Origin: Setoptus koraiensis
Taxonomy: Eukaryota > Animalia > Arthropoda
Assembly (NCBI GenBank): GCA_048013815.1
Contig: CM106585.1
Location: forward strand, 6,758,001 to 6,822,000
Direction of reading: 5' to 3'
Length of the DNA stretch: 64,000 bases
Made by a program: the position numbers and the translations under genes. A model generated the notes under the pieces. That model searched no databases. It had not been told where the DNA came from and was given only the letters and a program-made list of their open reading frames with translations. Below are positions 48,364 through 58,434 of this stretch, in pieces; positions within the stretch are counted from its first letter, which is position 1, and each line of letters opens with the position of its first letter.

Positions 48364-48519
48364 GTAAGTAAATTATATCGTCCGACAGGCAATTGGCACC
48401 CAATCAAACCAGATATGAGATATGATGATCAAATACCAGAAACTAATCTATGCCTACCGCTAAACCCAAATCGGGCACATTTGCCGCACAAACGTTTAAT
48501 CAACCAATTAATTGATCAG

Positions 48520-49245
48520 GGCAATTCGAGCACGGATCAATCAAACCAAGACGGCGACGATTGTGATGAGGAATTGGCCGACATGCACAATGCTGGCTCA
48601 TCTCTCATCGCGGATCAATCGGCTTCACCGAGCGCTACTAGCCGCCAGCCATCGAGCATAAATAACAACAATAACAACAACAAAAATCACAATAATAATC
48701 ATAGCTCGCCAACGCAACCTGGACCTAGTTCCTCTTTTGTGGCTCCAGTTTCGTCAAGCCGGCCCAGCAACGGACATCATCATCAGGCATTGTTACGTCA
48801 GCCACTATCTACTTCTTCTGCCACTTGTGATAATAACAATAATAATAATAATAATAACAAACCACCAACTTCAACTGCCACTAAAACCGCCATCGCCACT
48901 ATAATCTCTAGACCATCTCCAATAAATATTGAGAAGATAACACCATTAAGCAGCAGCACCAGTAGCACCACCGCAAGACCAGCCACCACCTCTAGACAGC
49001 AACAACAACAGCAACAGTCCAGCAGCTCTAAACAAGCTTCTCAGCAGCCAATTGACAAGCGTTCCTCTTCTATAGAAACAAAAGCCGATATTGAGCAAGC
49101 AACACCAACATCGGCCACTGCCCCAGGTGACGGCGTAGCCATAATTGATATGGGCTCCGGTGTTGGCGACACTGCCGGACCGGAAGCGGGCACTACCAGC
49201 TCTAGTGGGCGCAAAAAGGGCAAGGGTGGTGGCAAAAAGAAATGA
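48520..49245 (+). CDS. Shal: Shal probable terminal coding exon (low-complexity S/N/Q/T tail ending GKKK*); full protein ~918 aa, or ~970 aa if intron 4 is retained
   Basis: In-frame acceptor GATCAG|GGC at 48519, preceded by an ACTAAT branch match (48442-48447) and a 78-nt AG-free run. Stop TGA at 49243-49245. Confidence 0.65.
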   Translation, partial: GNSSTDQSNQDGDDCDEELADMHNAGSSLIADQSASPSATSRQPSSINNNNNNNKNHNNNHSSPTQPGPSSSFVAPVSSSRPSNGHHHQALLRQPLSTSSATCDNNNNNNNNNKPPTSTATKTAIATIISRPSPINIEKITPLSSSTSSTTARPATTSRQQQQQQQSSSSKQASQQPIDKRSSSIETKADIEQATPTSATAPGDGVAIIDMGSGVGDTAGPEAGTTSSSGRKKGKGGGKKK

Positions 49246-50769
49246 CAAGCTTTTGGCTCAAACTTTGATTAATTCCAGTGACCACCGCCACGTTAAACCA
49301 CACTGACATTGATAAATGGATGCTGACAAACACTCACAATGAATAGTTTCAGGATAACGGCCAGAGGAAAGCCAGAGGGCAGCACAAATAGAGAATTCAT
49401 ATTAGAATTAAATCATATTTATCTTTACCGTTATACACAAACCCAACACACATATATATACACACCTATATATATGATATACATAGTTATTTTCGTCGAG
49501 TGTATCATCTATGTGGACTATTCTCAATTGCATAAACTAATCGGTGCGCCAACAAGCAAACGCAACCACTCTTACAACACCAAATCAATATTGTATCACC
49601 TTTAGGTATATACAAAACCATATATACATGTACAATCACCGTTCCTCTTGTTATATGTTATGTAACCATCTGGCTATTTGTATCAAGTTGTATTGTAACA
49701 CCGCCACCACCATCATCATCATCGCCTCATAAATAATTTATGGTCAGTCACTCCAGTAGATGATGGTGGCGGTCTAGTTGGCGGATAAGTAGCTTACATG
49801 TGACAAGCAATATAAAGACAAGAACTTCCAAATTAGGAAACAATTATTATCAATATTAGAACATTATAGACTATCCCTCTCTCTCTCTTTCTCTCTATGT
49901 CCCACTCCTCCTAGTCAAATCCGGATACAGAAAGAAACAACAAAAAATAGCGACCACAAACAGATATTCAATTAACAGTAATACATACATAATAGATCAC
50001 ACGCTATTTACACTTGTATTGGGACATCATTGTTGTTGCTATCATAATAATAATGTTTTGCAGCATCTCCAATAACGAACGGGCTTGTCATAGATTCTGC
50101 AAACTAAAATTCAAAAATACAAGTCTGCTCACTTATGATCATTCAAACTAGGAAACCCGACAGAATCCCCATCACGAGTTACGGCAATGGTGATAGTTAA
50201 TCGCTCATGTAAAAAAATCTTCTCTATCAGGTTTCACATCGAATCTTATTACATGTATCATCTCTTTTTTGTTCCAAAATTAGTAATTATTATTACGTCA
50301 ACGAACGCACTATCATATTGTCCACTAATAATTGTATTATTATCACCAGCAATACATCATGTAAGAATATCGAAGGAAAAAAGATAGAGAGCAAGAGAGA
50401 AACAATAATCATATCATTGCACAACGAAACTACACTAAATGTATACATGACCTGAAGTTAGGTTGACGCAACAAATCACCACATTAAACAAACAAACAAA
50501 CAAACAAAAAACTGTTATTGAATTGAAAACTATTGAATTGCTGTTGAGACAGTAGAGTCAGACCAATAGTATCCCTGAATTTATATAAATTGAATTATTG
50601 AATATAGATTGAAATTTAATTGCTGTTGGTATTTCGTAAGTTTTGAGTTGTGTGAAGACAATTGATAGACTATAATAATAGGCCAATTTGTACGGTTCAC
50701 AAGATGGGGAAAAGAATACACATGAACGTATCCAAAGATTTGAATACATCAGGGATTTTGTCAAGTGTA

Positions 50770-52176
50770 TCAATCTTGTATTGCGCGAATTATTGTAGGT
50801 GCTCCTCTGCTCAAATGGTTCATTTCTTCCTTGTTGATTAAGTGGTTTGTTTTTCCAACTAATGACATCAACGAGTTTAAATTTCTCGACCAATCGTTGA
50901 GTACTTCATTGGGATGCTTGTGTGCGCTAAAGCTCACAATACCGGCAAGACGATCGACCTTGGCCCATATAGTCTTATTCACCACCATATAACTTAAAAC
51001 TTCCTCAGCCTCATCAATGGATAGATTTAATAATTCAGACATTCTAACTAGCCTAACTCTGCTGTAGTATTTCGTCATAATGCGTATGTTGTGCTCTACA
51101 ATGCGACTCTTAAAATCTTTCCACCGTTTATCCGCTTGTTCGTTTCCGACAGGGAAGACATCAGTTGGAGGACATGCAGGCGTTCCTACTCTCAGTAACG
51201 TCTCATATTGTTCCACAACTTGATTCCAGAATATTAGTTCAGCTGTGGTGAAAGCTTTCAATAATCCTTTGAATTGTGGTATTTCATCTAATGTCTTCTC
51301 TAATGACAGGCGGTGTATCAGATCCGATTGCTCGTTATCATATGGGGCGAGGACGGCATATAAGACGACATTCTTAAGTGTCTGGTGTTTCCTAATGGTG
51401 TCATCTTTGATGACTTTAGTCTGGAATACTGCCTGATAATGTTTGCAAATAGCCAAATAACGTCCATCATGCTGATCAATCTGTATCATAAGGTCATAAT
51501 ATTTCAATTTGAGATGATTGACATCTTCATCTACAAAGAACTTGGTGCTAACTTTTTTGCTAATTATCTGTGCCCTTATATAATCCTTCACCGCCAAACA
51601 GTAGCGTATCTGTTCTAGAATAAGTTCGGTTTTTTCTTTCTTATCCATGGAACCCAATGTTTCCACCTGAGTCTCTTGCATTATCTTAGCCGCCTCCTCC
51701 ATAAGCCCGTCATTTTCTTTGATTTGAGCAAGCCTGTGAGTTAATCTAGCCCTTTCCACTTCTACGTAGATCTTGCCCGCAGTGACTGTGCGTAATGTAT
51801 TGATGAATAATAATTGAGTCGCTTTGTCAGGTGCCTTGTCTACCCATTCACAACATTTTTGTACCATGGCAGTGACTGCCTGTTTGTATTGACCACGACG
51901 TTTAGTTAGGCCAGTTATTTGTTCGGTGAGTGTCTGCCATTGGCCCACCTCGTAGCACAGACTAACAATACCCACCAGTATACGACTAGTTGAAGACATG
52001 TCAGCTCCGGTTCTTGTTTGTTTCTCTAGAGTCGATAGTATCTCAATGGCCTCGGACAGTCTCTTTGGGTCCTCTTTGGTTATCTTCTCACAATAAGGCA
52101 ATTTTTCGTCCACAACCGAACTGTAGTCAACCTCCATTTTGACTATCTTGCCCGAGTCTGTAAAATCCATGTCCAT
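50770..52176 (-). CDS. PSMD12: 26S proteasome non-ATPase regulatory subunit 12 (Rpn5), intronless, 468 aa
   Basis: KMEVDYS...[58 protein letters not shown], and a C-terminal PCI domain ([19 protein letters not shown]...[11 protein letters not shown]). Confidence 0.97.
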   Translation of the reverse strand: MDMDFTDSGKIVKMEVDYSSVVDEKLPYCEKITKEDPKRLSEAIEILSTLEKQTRTGADMSSTSRILVGIVSLCYEVGQWQTLTEQITGLTKRRGQYKQAVTAMVQKCCEWVDKAPDKATQLLFINTLRTVTAGKIYVEVERARLTHRLAQIKENDGLMEEAAKIMQETQVETLGSMDKKEKTELILEQIRYCLAVKDYIRAQIISKKVSTKFFVDEDVNHLKLKYYDLMIQIDQHDGRYLAICKHYQAVFQTKVIKDDTIRKHQTLKNVVLYAVLAPYDNEQSDLIHRLSLEKTLDEIPQFKGLLKAFTTAELIFWNQVVEQYETLLRVGTPACPPTDVFPVGNEQADKRWKDFKSRIVEHNIRIMTKYYSRVRLVRMSELLNLSIDEAEEVLSYMVVNKTIWAKVDRLAGIVSFSAHKHPNEVLNDWSRNLNSLMSLVGKTNHLINKEEMNHLSRGAPTIIRAIQD

Positions 52177-52666
52177 CTTGAATGAGAATTAAATTTGTTT
52201 CAATTCCTCTTGAAGTCTCAATAAGCAGAAAAGGCCGGTCACAATGTAGACGAGACGAATATGGGCTGTGTAATAATTAGGCGACAACTATTGATTGTAA
52301 TAACCGAGTCACTAGTTACTGTGGTATTAGAGGCAATCGAAGCGATGGTGTCTCAATAATAAATATGTAGTGAAAATAAAAAGATTACAGAAGATGCTGT
52401 GATATACTGTGCTACAATAACAAGCACCGCTGACATGAGACGATTTCAAGGGGCAAATCTTTTGAATCTGGTCTTGTAGAGAGACCGGCTCCGCATAACA
52501 AATACCGATTAGTGCTTTATTCACTTCGCTCAACATTTGTTTCGACACCGCACACAACGGCATCTTCTGCGATAGTTAAATATTGAGGCGCCAAATTTGA
52601 ATTATTTTTCAAAAAAAAAAAAATCTTTATAAAAACAACAATTTGTTCCTTGAAAGACTCTTCTTT

Positions 52667-53644
52667 CTAAAGAGATTCAAGATATTGAACGAATAGCTCG
52701 GCAATATTAGAGCCATTCTCAATCGGATGCAACTTGGTATAAACAATGAATTGGCGCTTCAAACGACTGAGCTCGGCATTCGACATTACTTTGGTGTAGG
52801 TGTATTTCTTGCTTGTCCCCGGTATAGTTACCACGCCCGAAGGAGCACGGGTCAATTTTTGGTGTTTCAAAATTGCCTCAACCACTTTAGTGGTTATAGA
52901 TTCTAGCTCTTGAAAGAAATTAAGCGGTTGAGATGTCGGCGGAGCGGTGCTCTTGTTAGGAAGCAGAGGGTTGCTTTTTGTGATAAACTCAAATATCTTG
53001 CTGATGTCAAGATCTTTAGCTTCCTTATCTGACACCAAAAACAGGGGCGAGTCCCAGCGATCTTTTTCGTTACACTTTTCGTATCGCTGTATTAGTGCCT
53101 CGAATGTTGCATCGTCATATCCATTAGAGTCTTTTTCGTCATCGACATCCTTGTCACTAGAATCAATGCTACTTTCACCCTCTATCTCGTTATCCTCGGG
53201 CTCTTCCTCGTAGCATCTTTCAGCCTGCCTGTCACAGTGCTCCTGATTTCTGGTTTTGCAAACCTCGACCGGGGGATAACATTCCACAACACAATGCTGA
53301 GTTTTGGCCTCCTTGCTTATGCAGTACAATTCATATCTGAAACCTTTGATATAACAAGCTGCGTCCAGTATCACAATATGTCCCTGGTTAATATAACGTG
53401 AAGCCTCACTTTTAAGCCAACCACGAAGCTCTTTCTCGCGATTCAAGTTTTGGTAGACGGTGTAGCGGCCCTCAGCATTAAGTCTTCTTCCATCTGTTAC
53501 CAGTTTGACCTGTCTTCTTTTTTTTCGACTGCCGGAACCTTGTGATTCCTTTTTCTCGAGATGTTCTACAAAATAATCACGAATCTGTTTGGCAATTCGT
53601 GATTTACCTGAACAAGGCAGACCAGTCACGATTATTAATGGCAT
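52667..53644 (-). CDS. KTI12: KTI12 (Elongator-associated PSTK-like ATPase), intronless, 325 aa
   Basis: N-terminal P-loop MPLIIVTGLPCSGKS, EKELRG...IVILDAACYIKGFRYELYC, LIQRYEKCNEKDRWDSPLF, C-terminal LSRLKRQFI. Confidence 0.95.
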   Translation of the reverse strand: MPLIIVTGLPCSGKSRIAKQIRDYFVEHLEKKESQGSGSRKKRRQVKLVTDGRRLNAEGRYTVYQNLNREKELRGWLKSEASRYINQGHIVILDAACYIKGFRYELYCISKEAKTQHCVVECYPPVEVCKTRNQEHCDRQAERCYEEEPEDNEIEGESSIDSSDKDVDDEKDSNGYDDATFEALIQRYEKCNEKDRWDSPLFLVSDKEAKDLDISKIFEFITKSNPLLPNKSTAPPTSQPLNFFQELESITTKVVEAILKHQKLTRAPSGVVTIPGTSKKYTYTKVMSNAELSRLKRQFIVYTKLHPIENGSNIAELFVQYLESL

Positions 53645-54382
53645 CTCCTCGATGGTTCTTCAGTCGAATACTTTAAAATCAAATCAACAAAACTCAATTG
53701 CTGGTTGCCTAGATCGACAATGTGATGGGTCATTTTCGCTGACACAGCTCCAGAATTCGGGACGAAATGATATTTCGATTCTTTCAAAAAAGATTATTTA
53801 TAGGTTCCGTGTGGGTCTGCAGTGGATGGGTGTGGTCTGGGTACGCGCGCGGTTGGAGTGCATCGGGCCCGGTGAGAGCATCACGGGCTTGATACCTCGG
53901 CGAGTAGTCTAATGCAACGACATCGAAAGTAACGATCCGTCGACAACAATTATTCGATGCTTCGCTCAACAACGTTCATTCCATGGAAAGATCGATTCCT
54001 TTAGTCGATAAAACAACGATATTCACCGTGTCCATTAGTATCTAGACCCGGCTCTGACCCTCCCGCTCATTAGCAGGCATCGGAAGGCTGTAGGCGTGGA
54101 CGGTAGGCCGGGGCCGCATGGCAGTTTCGACGAATCGAGTTGTCGGCGAATGAAATCGTTCGACGATTCGTAGCACGCCAGGCACAGTTGTGTGCAGCGA
54201 ATGAAGTTACGATTCATTGGGTAACTGTGCCATTTCGTGAAAGTTTGCCAATCAAAACACATGGCCGGCGAAATCGTGTACATGTAAATACTTGTGAAGA
54301 TAGAGATACCACGTTTATATTTGTTTGTATATTTGTTTGTATATTAGTCGCTAGAACTCCAATTATCCAGGCTCTATCAATC
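53645..54382. promoter_or_regulatory. Bidirectional KTI12/LSm7 promoter region: CGA/ATCGAT-rich AT core (~53915-54032) flanked by two GC-rich islands; possible 87-nt 5'-UTR intron 54284..54370
   Basis: Head-to-head genes 738 nt apart. DRE-like ATCGAT/TCGATA words in the core; CATTAG (Inr-like) faces outward on both sides; GTAAAT...TCCAG candidate intron. Confidence 0.55.
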
Positions 54383-54736
54383 ATGTCTGGTCACCATCAA
54401 GCTAGATCTAACAACCAGCAGCAAGGAAATTCTGGCCAGAAGGTTGCGCCAAAGAAAGAAAGTATAATAAATCTCAGTAAATATTTAGACAAAAGTGTTA
54501 GAGTCAAATTTCAAGGAGGCCGCGAAGCGACAGGAATATTAAAGGGTTACGACCAATTATTAAATTTGGTCCTTGATAGCACACAAGAGTATTTGAGAGA
54601 TGCCAACGACAGTTCTAAGCTTACAGATGAAACGAGGTCTCTCGGACTGATCGTATGCCGCGGACCCGCCATCATTGTTGTGTGTCCAGAAGAGGGACAC
54701 GAGTCTATAACGAATCCATTCACAGAAGCTGAATAA
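54383..54736 (+). CDS. LSM7: U6 snRNA-associated Sm-like protein LSm7, 117 aa
   Basis: KKESIINLSKYLDKSVRVKFQGGREATGILKGYDQLLNLVLD...RSLGLIVCRGPAI...ITNPF. The true start is taken as the ATG at 54383; the longer track ORF begins at a non-ATG codon. Confidence 0.95.
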   Translation: MSGHHQARSNNQQQGNSGQKVAPKKESIINLSKYLDKSVRVKFQGGREATGILKGYDQLLNLVLDSTQEYLRDANDSSKLTDETRSLGLIVCRGPAIIVVCPEEGHESITNPFTEAE

Positions 54737-54952
54737 TAAATAAGCAAACAAACGAAAATCCATCTTCAAATGATGCGTACGTCTAGTTGAGCAGTTAACA
54801 GCTACTTCAAATTTATGAATCATTAAGCGAGACAACAAGAAAATATATGAATGATATGTAACACTCAATAAAAAATAACCGAACAAGTGAAGCGTTGTTT
54901 AGGTTTCTTTGAGAATGAGTATTGTGACTTTTTTATTTAAAATTTTAAAATT

Positions 54953-55465
54953 CTACATAAATGGAATTATACCTAGGCTAGCTAGAGTTTGTAAAGGTGA
55001 TCTCTTACATTTATCGAATATTTTCGAGCAACTGTGCCCCATCATACCTTCCAACCAGGCTTGAGCGTAGGGGCTAGACATGTCAGTTATATTCCTGATT
55101 GCCAGTCTTAAAAGCCAGTTGCTGATGAAACTTATCTTCTTGTAAATTAATACTCCCATCTCACATGCAGCGCGATTCCTGCACTGGTCATCAGCAATAT
55201 GTAAATATCTATTTGCGCCCGTGTTAATAACTGAATATAAAGTTGATGTTAACGATGATGATGAAGATGATGGTGACGATGAAGATTCGGCCGTTTTGGG
55301 CGTCTCGGAGGTTTGACTAGATGAGGCGGACCTAGGTGAGATTAAGGATCGGCCGATGGAAACATGTCCTCCTCTGACTAATTCGTGTTGTCCGCGAATG
55401 AAAGTTGGGAAGACGACAACTGAAATGATAATAGGTAAGAAAGAGTTAAAAGTTGTTGGTTTCAT
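54953..55465 (-). CDS. Secreted Cys-containing protein, DM4/DM12-like, 170 aa
   Basis: ATG at 55465 starts a signal-peptide-like MKPTTFNSFLPIIISVVVFPTFIRG, then a Ser-rich linker, then C-x2-R-x2-CE...Y-x2-A-x3-G-x4-C-x3-F-x2-C-x2-SP, the spacing I recall for DM4/DM12 proteins. Family call is by pattern memory only. Confidence 0.6.
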   Translation of the reverse strand: MKPTTFNSFLPIIISVVVFPTFIRGQHELVRGGHVSIGRSLISPRSASSSQTSETPKTAESSSSPSSSSSSLTSTLYSVINTGANRYLHIADDQCRNRAACEMGVLIYKKISFISNWLLRLAIRNITDMSSPYAQAWLEGMMGHSCSKIFDKCKRSPLQTLASLGIIPFM

Positions 55466-55899
55466 TATGATGATGTGTTGACCAATTAAAACTATAAAGT
55501 AATCAACTGTGTGATATGATGATGGTGCTAGGTCATGGGCGAATAAACATGATCTAACCATTGTACCTAGAGATCTCGCCCTTAAATAGGCGATGGCACC
55601 GCTAAAATGTGACAATGTTATATAATGTTATATGACAATAACACTTGAAAGTTTGACGTCCACAACTCGCATGTGTAATTGCACATGAGTGGCTAGATCT
55701 GACGAGATCTGAATCCGATACTTTTCTCCATGCGAAAACTACTAGCGATTTCAACGCCCACGGGTACAAGTAGTACCGCGTCATATTGTGCGTGATGCAG
55801 GGAACATATTACCCGAACACACCTACCGCAATATTCGCTGTTTGAAATAAAAACAATCACATCAGCGCGTGTTCATCAGCTATAAACATCCAATGGAAT

Positions 55900-58434
55900 A
55901 TGTATCAGTCACTAGTTAAACAGTCTCATTTGTTAGAATATCTCCGACGGGCTCCGGGAAAACAAATACTTCATCGTGAGACTGAAGAATGGTCCAAGGC
56001 TTTCTGGAATCACAAGAGAGTCGTAGAATTAGGCGGCAGTGAATCATGCCTTGAGAGTTTGCCTCATCTCAAGGATGAGATATTCACCATGATATTACCT
56101 CCTCCCAACATAACTGGGAATCTTCATCTGGGGCATGCATTGACAGCCTCGATACAAGACACAATAGTCAGGCACAAGCTAATGACGGGCAAAAAGGTGG
56201 ACTGGATTCCAGGATTTGATCACGCGGGCCTGTCAACGCAAACCATGGTAGAGAAACAATTATGGAGGGACAACCGTCAAACGAGGCAGGCACTTGGCAA
56301 AGAGAAGTTCCTAGAAATGTCAAACAAATGGAAAGAGGATAGAATTGCTGAGATGAAGAGTCAGTTAGACAGATTTGGTCTTTTGTTGAATTATGACAAG
56401 GAGTATTTTACTATGGACGAACGAATGAGCAAAGCAGTGACCAAAGCCTTCATAAAACTCCATCAAGAAGGACTACTCTATAGAGAGGCTAAACCGGTGC
56501 ATTGGTCAACGTTCCTTCAATCGACATTGTCAGACATAGAGGTGTCCAAAGTGTATTTGAAGGGCAAGACTCTCCTGGATGTTCCTGGGTATAGCAACAA
56601 AATTGCGTTCGGCTTACTGCACAAGTTTGCTCTGAAAATTTTAGACGCCACCAACACCACTCCGACAGATGAGGAAATTTCTGTGGCTACAACTCGCATC
56701 GAGACCATGCTCGGCGATGTGGCTATCGCTGTGAATCCCAATGACTCAAGATACCAGCATTATATAGGAAGAATGTGTATTCATCCGCTGACTGGCAAGA
56801 AAATTCCCATAATTGGCGATGAGTATGTTGTGATTGATAAAGGGACAGGTGCAGTGAAAATTACCCCATACGTAGATGAAGCAGATTGGGCTCTGGCGAA
56901 ACGCCATAACTTACCGATAGAGAGGACCATAGACGATTCAGGGACCATCCTCTGTCCTTCTGCGCCAAAATTTGATGGCATAAAACAATTCGACGCTAGA
57001 GAGCTGATTATAGAAGCTCTTGACGAACTGAAGCTGTTCAGAGGATCCGAGGATTATCAAACATCTGTTCCGGTGTGTTCAAGAACAGGTGATATTATTG
57101 ACAAACGACCTCTAACCCAATGGTTCATCAATTGCGAACAGTTAGCCATAAGCGCCATGAATGCAGTGAAAAATGGTAAGATAGATTTGCAACCGGACAA
57201 CTACAAAAACTCCATATCCTCATGGCTAGTGGATAACGGAGTGAAAGATTGGTGCATTTCTAGACAGAGTTGGTGGGGCCATAGAATACCAGCTTACAGG
57301 TTGTCCGATAACCCAGACGCAACTGATAGTTGGGTTGCTGCGTCTAGCATGGATGAAGCCAAAATGTTGCTAGTCACACGGAATGGTCATAGCGACTCTG
57401 AGATATATCAGGATTGCGATGTACTCGACACATGGTTTTCATCATCTTTGCTGCCACTCTCTGTTAGTGATTGGCCTGGTGAGAAATTTGAAAGTAACCG
57501 AGCCAAGGGCCTGTTTCCGTTATCTTTAATGGAAACAGGGTTTGACATTCTCAACTACTGGGTGTCGAGAATGATAATTCTAAGTCTGCACCTCACTGGT
57601 GATGTGCCTTTCAAGAAAGTGTTACTTCACGGAATGGTATGTGATAGCAAAGGTAAAAAGATGTCGAAATCAGTAGGTAATGTCATTAATCCGCTTGATA
57701 TTATCGATGGTACCCGAAGCAACAAACGTGATATAAATGCCCTGACCAGCAAAGATAAAAATGTCGATATACCCGAATGCGGCCCGGATGTTCTAAGAGC
57801 TTACCTAATAAGCTCTCGTTCGAAAAAAGAAATCATCAGTTTTCAAGTTGAAAATTTGATTGGTTTGAGAAAATTTACAAACAAAATTTGGAACAATTAT
57901 CGTTACATTTTACCTTTGATTGAAGCTAATCAAAACTTGAACATTAGTATGCATTATAATCTCGACGATTTGAATGATTTAAGTGAGATTGATAAGACAG
58001 TGCTAAGTCAAATGGCGGATTGTGTCGAAGAATGTGAGTCAGCCTTTATCGAAGACAACCTATATATAGGTTATGAAGCCATTTACAAGTTTTGGATGAT
58101 AAACTTTTGTAACACATATTTGCCTAAAACCAAAGACTTGGTTCGCTCATCCGCCAAAAACAATATTGAATTAAACGAAAGAGATTGTTTTCGCACGCTA
58201 CAAATTCAAGTGAAGTGTCTGGAAACGGTAACAAGACTACTACATCCCTATATGCCACATCTGACTGAGCTTGTATATCAGAAATTGCGCGTCGCCTGCT
58301 TAGGAAATCGTGTTAACGAAGATAATATCGATTCATTAACACCCAGCATATGCTTTGCGAGTTACCCCACAAGTTTAGAATGGGTTAGATACAGAGATAA
58401 AAATGATTACAATCATAATAGTTGTAAGAAATAA
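55900..58434 (+). CDS. VARS2: Valyl-tRNA synthetase, probably mitochondrial (VARS2-like), uninterrupted ORF, 844 aa
   Basis: PPPNITGNLHLGHAL (HIGH motif), WIPGFDHAGLSTQ, TTRIETMLGDVAIAVNP, GTGAVKITP, DWCISRQSWWGHRIP, DVLDTWFSS, LHGMV...KMSKSVGNVINP, and anticodon domain LLHPYMPHLTE. No GST-like N-terminal domain and a divergent sequence argue for the mitochondrial paralog (inference). Confidence 0.9.
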   Translation: MYQSLVKQSHLLEYLRRAPGKQILHRETEEWSKAFWNHKRVVELGGSESCLESLPHLKDEIFTMILPPPNITGNLHLGHALTASIQDTIVRHKLMTGKKVDWIPGFDHAGLSTQTMVEKQLWRDNRQTRQALGKEKFLEMSNKWKEDRIAEMKSQLDRFGLLLNYDKEYFTMDERMSKAVTKAFIKLHQEGLLYREAKPVHWSTFLQSTLSDIEVSKVYLKGKTLLDVPGYSNKIAFGLLHKFALKILDATNTTPTDEEISVATTRIETMLGDVAIAVNPNDSRYQHYIGRMCIHPLTGKKIPIIGDEYVVIDKGTGAVKITPYVDEADWALAKRHNLPIERTIDDSGTILCPSAPKFDGIKQFDARELIIEALDELKLFRGSEDYQTSVPVCSRTGDIIDKRPLTQWFINCEQLAISAMNAVKNGKIDLQPDNYKNSISSWLVDNGVKDWCISRQSWWGHRIPAYRLSDNPDATDSWVAASSMDEAKMLLVTRNGHSDSEIYQDCDVLDTWFSSSLLPLSVSDWPGEKFESNRAKGLFPLSLMETGFDILNYWVSRMIILSLHLTGDVPFKKVLLHGMVCDSKGKKMSKSVGNVINPLDIIDGTRSNKRDINALTSKDKNVDIPECGPDVLRAYLISSRSKKEIISFQVENLIGLRKFTNKIWNNYRYILPLIEANQNLNISMHYNLDDLNDLSEIDKTVLSQMADCVEECESAFIEDNLYIGYEAIYKFWMINFCNTYLPKTKDLVRSSAKNNIELNERDCFRTLQIQVKCLETVTRLLHPYMPHLTELVYQKLRVACLGNRVNEDNIDSLTPSICFASYPTSLEWVRYRDKNDYNHNSCKK

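Noticed and set aside
53900-54075. RNase P RNA on the minus strand (GGGAGGGTCAGAG ... AGACTACT)
   Set aside because: The putative CR-I and CR-V cannot form the P4 helix (GTCAG versus TAGAC), and the spacer is unstructured AT-rich promoter-like DNA.
54140-54382. N-terminal 81-aa extension of LSm7 suggested by the ORF track
   Set aside because: It starts at a non-ATG codon, has no homology and crosses a probable 5'-UTR intron. The ATG at 54383 gives a normal-sized LSm7.
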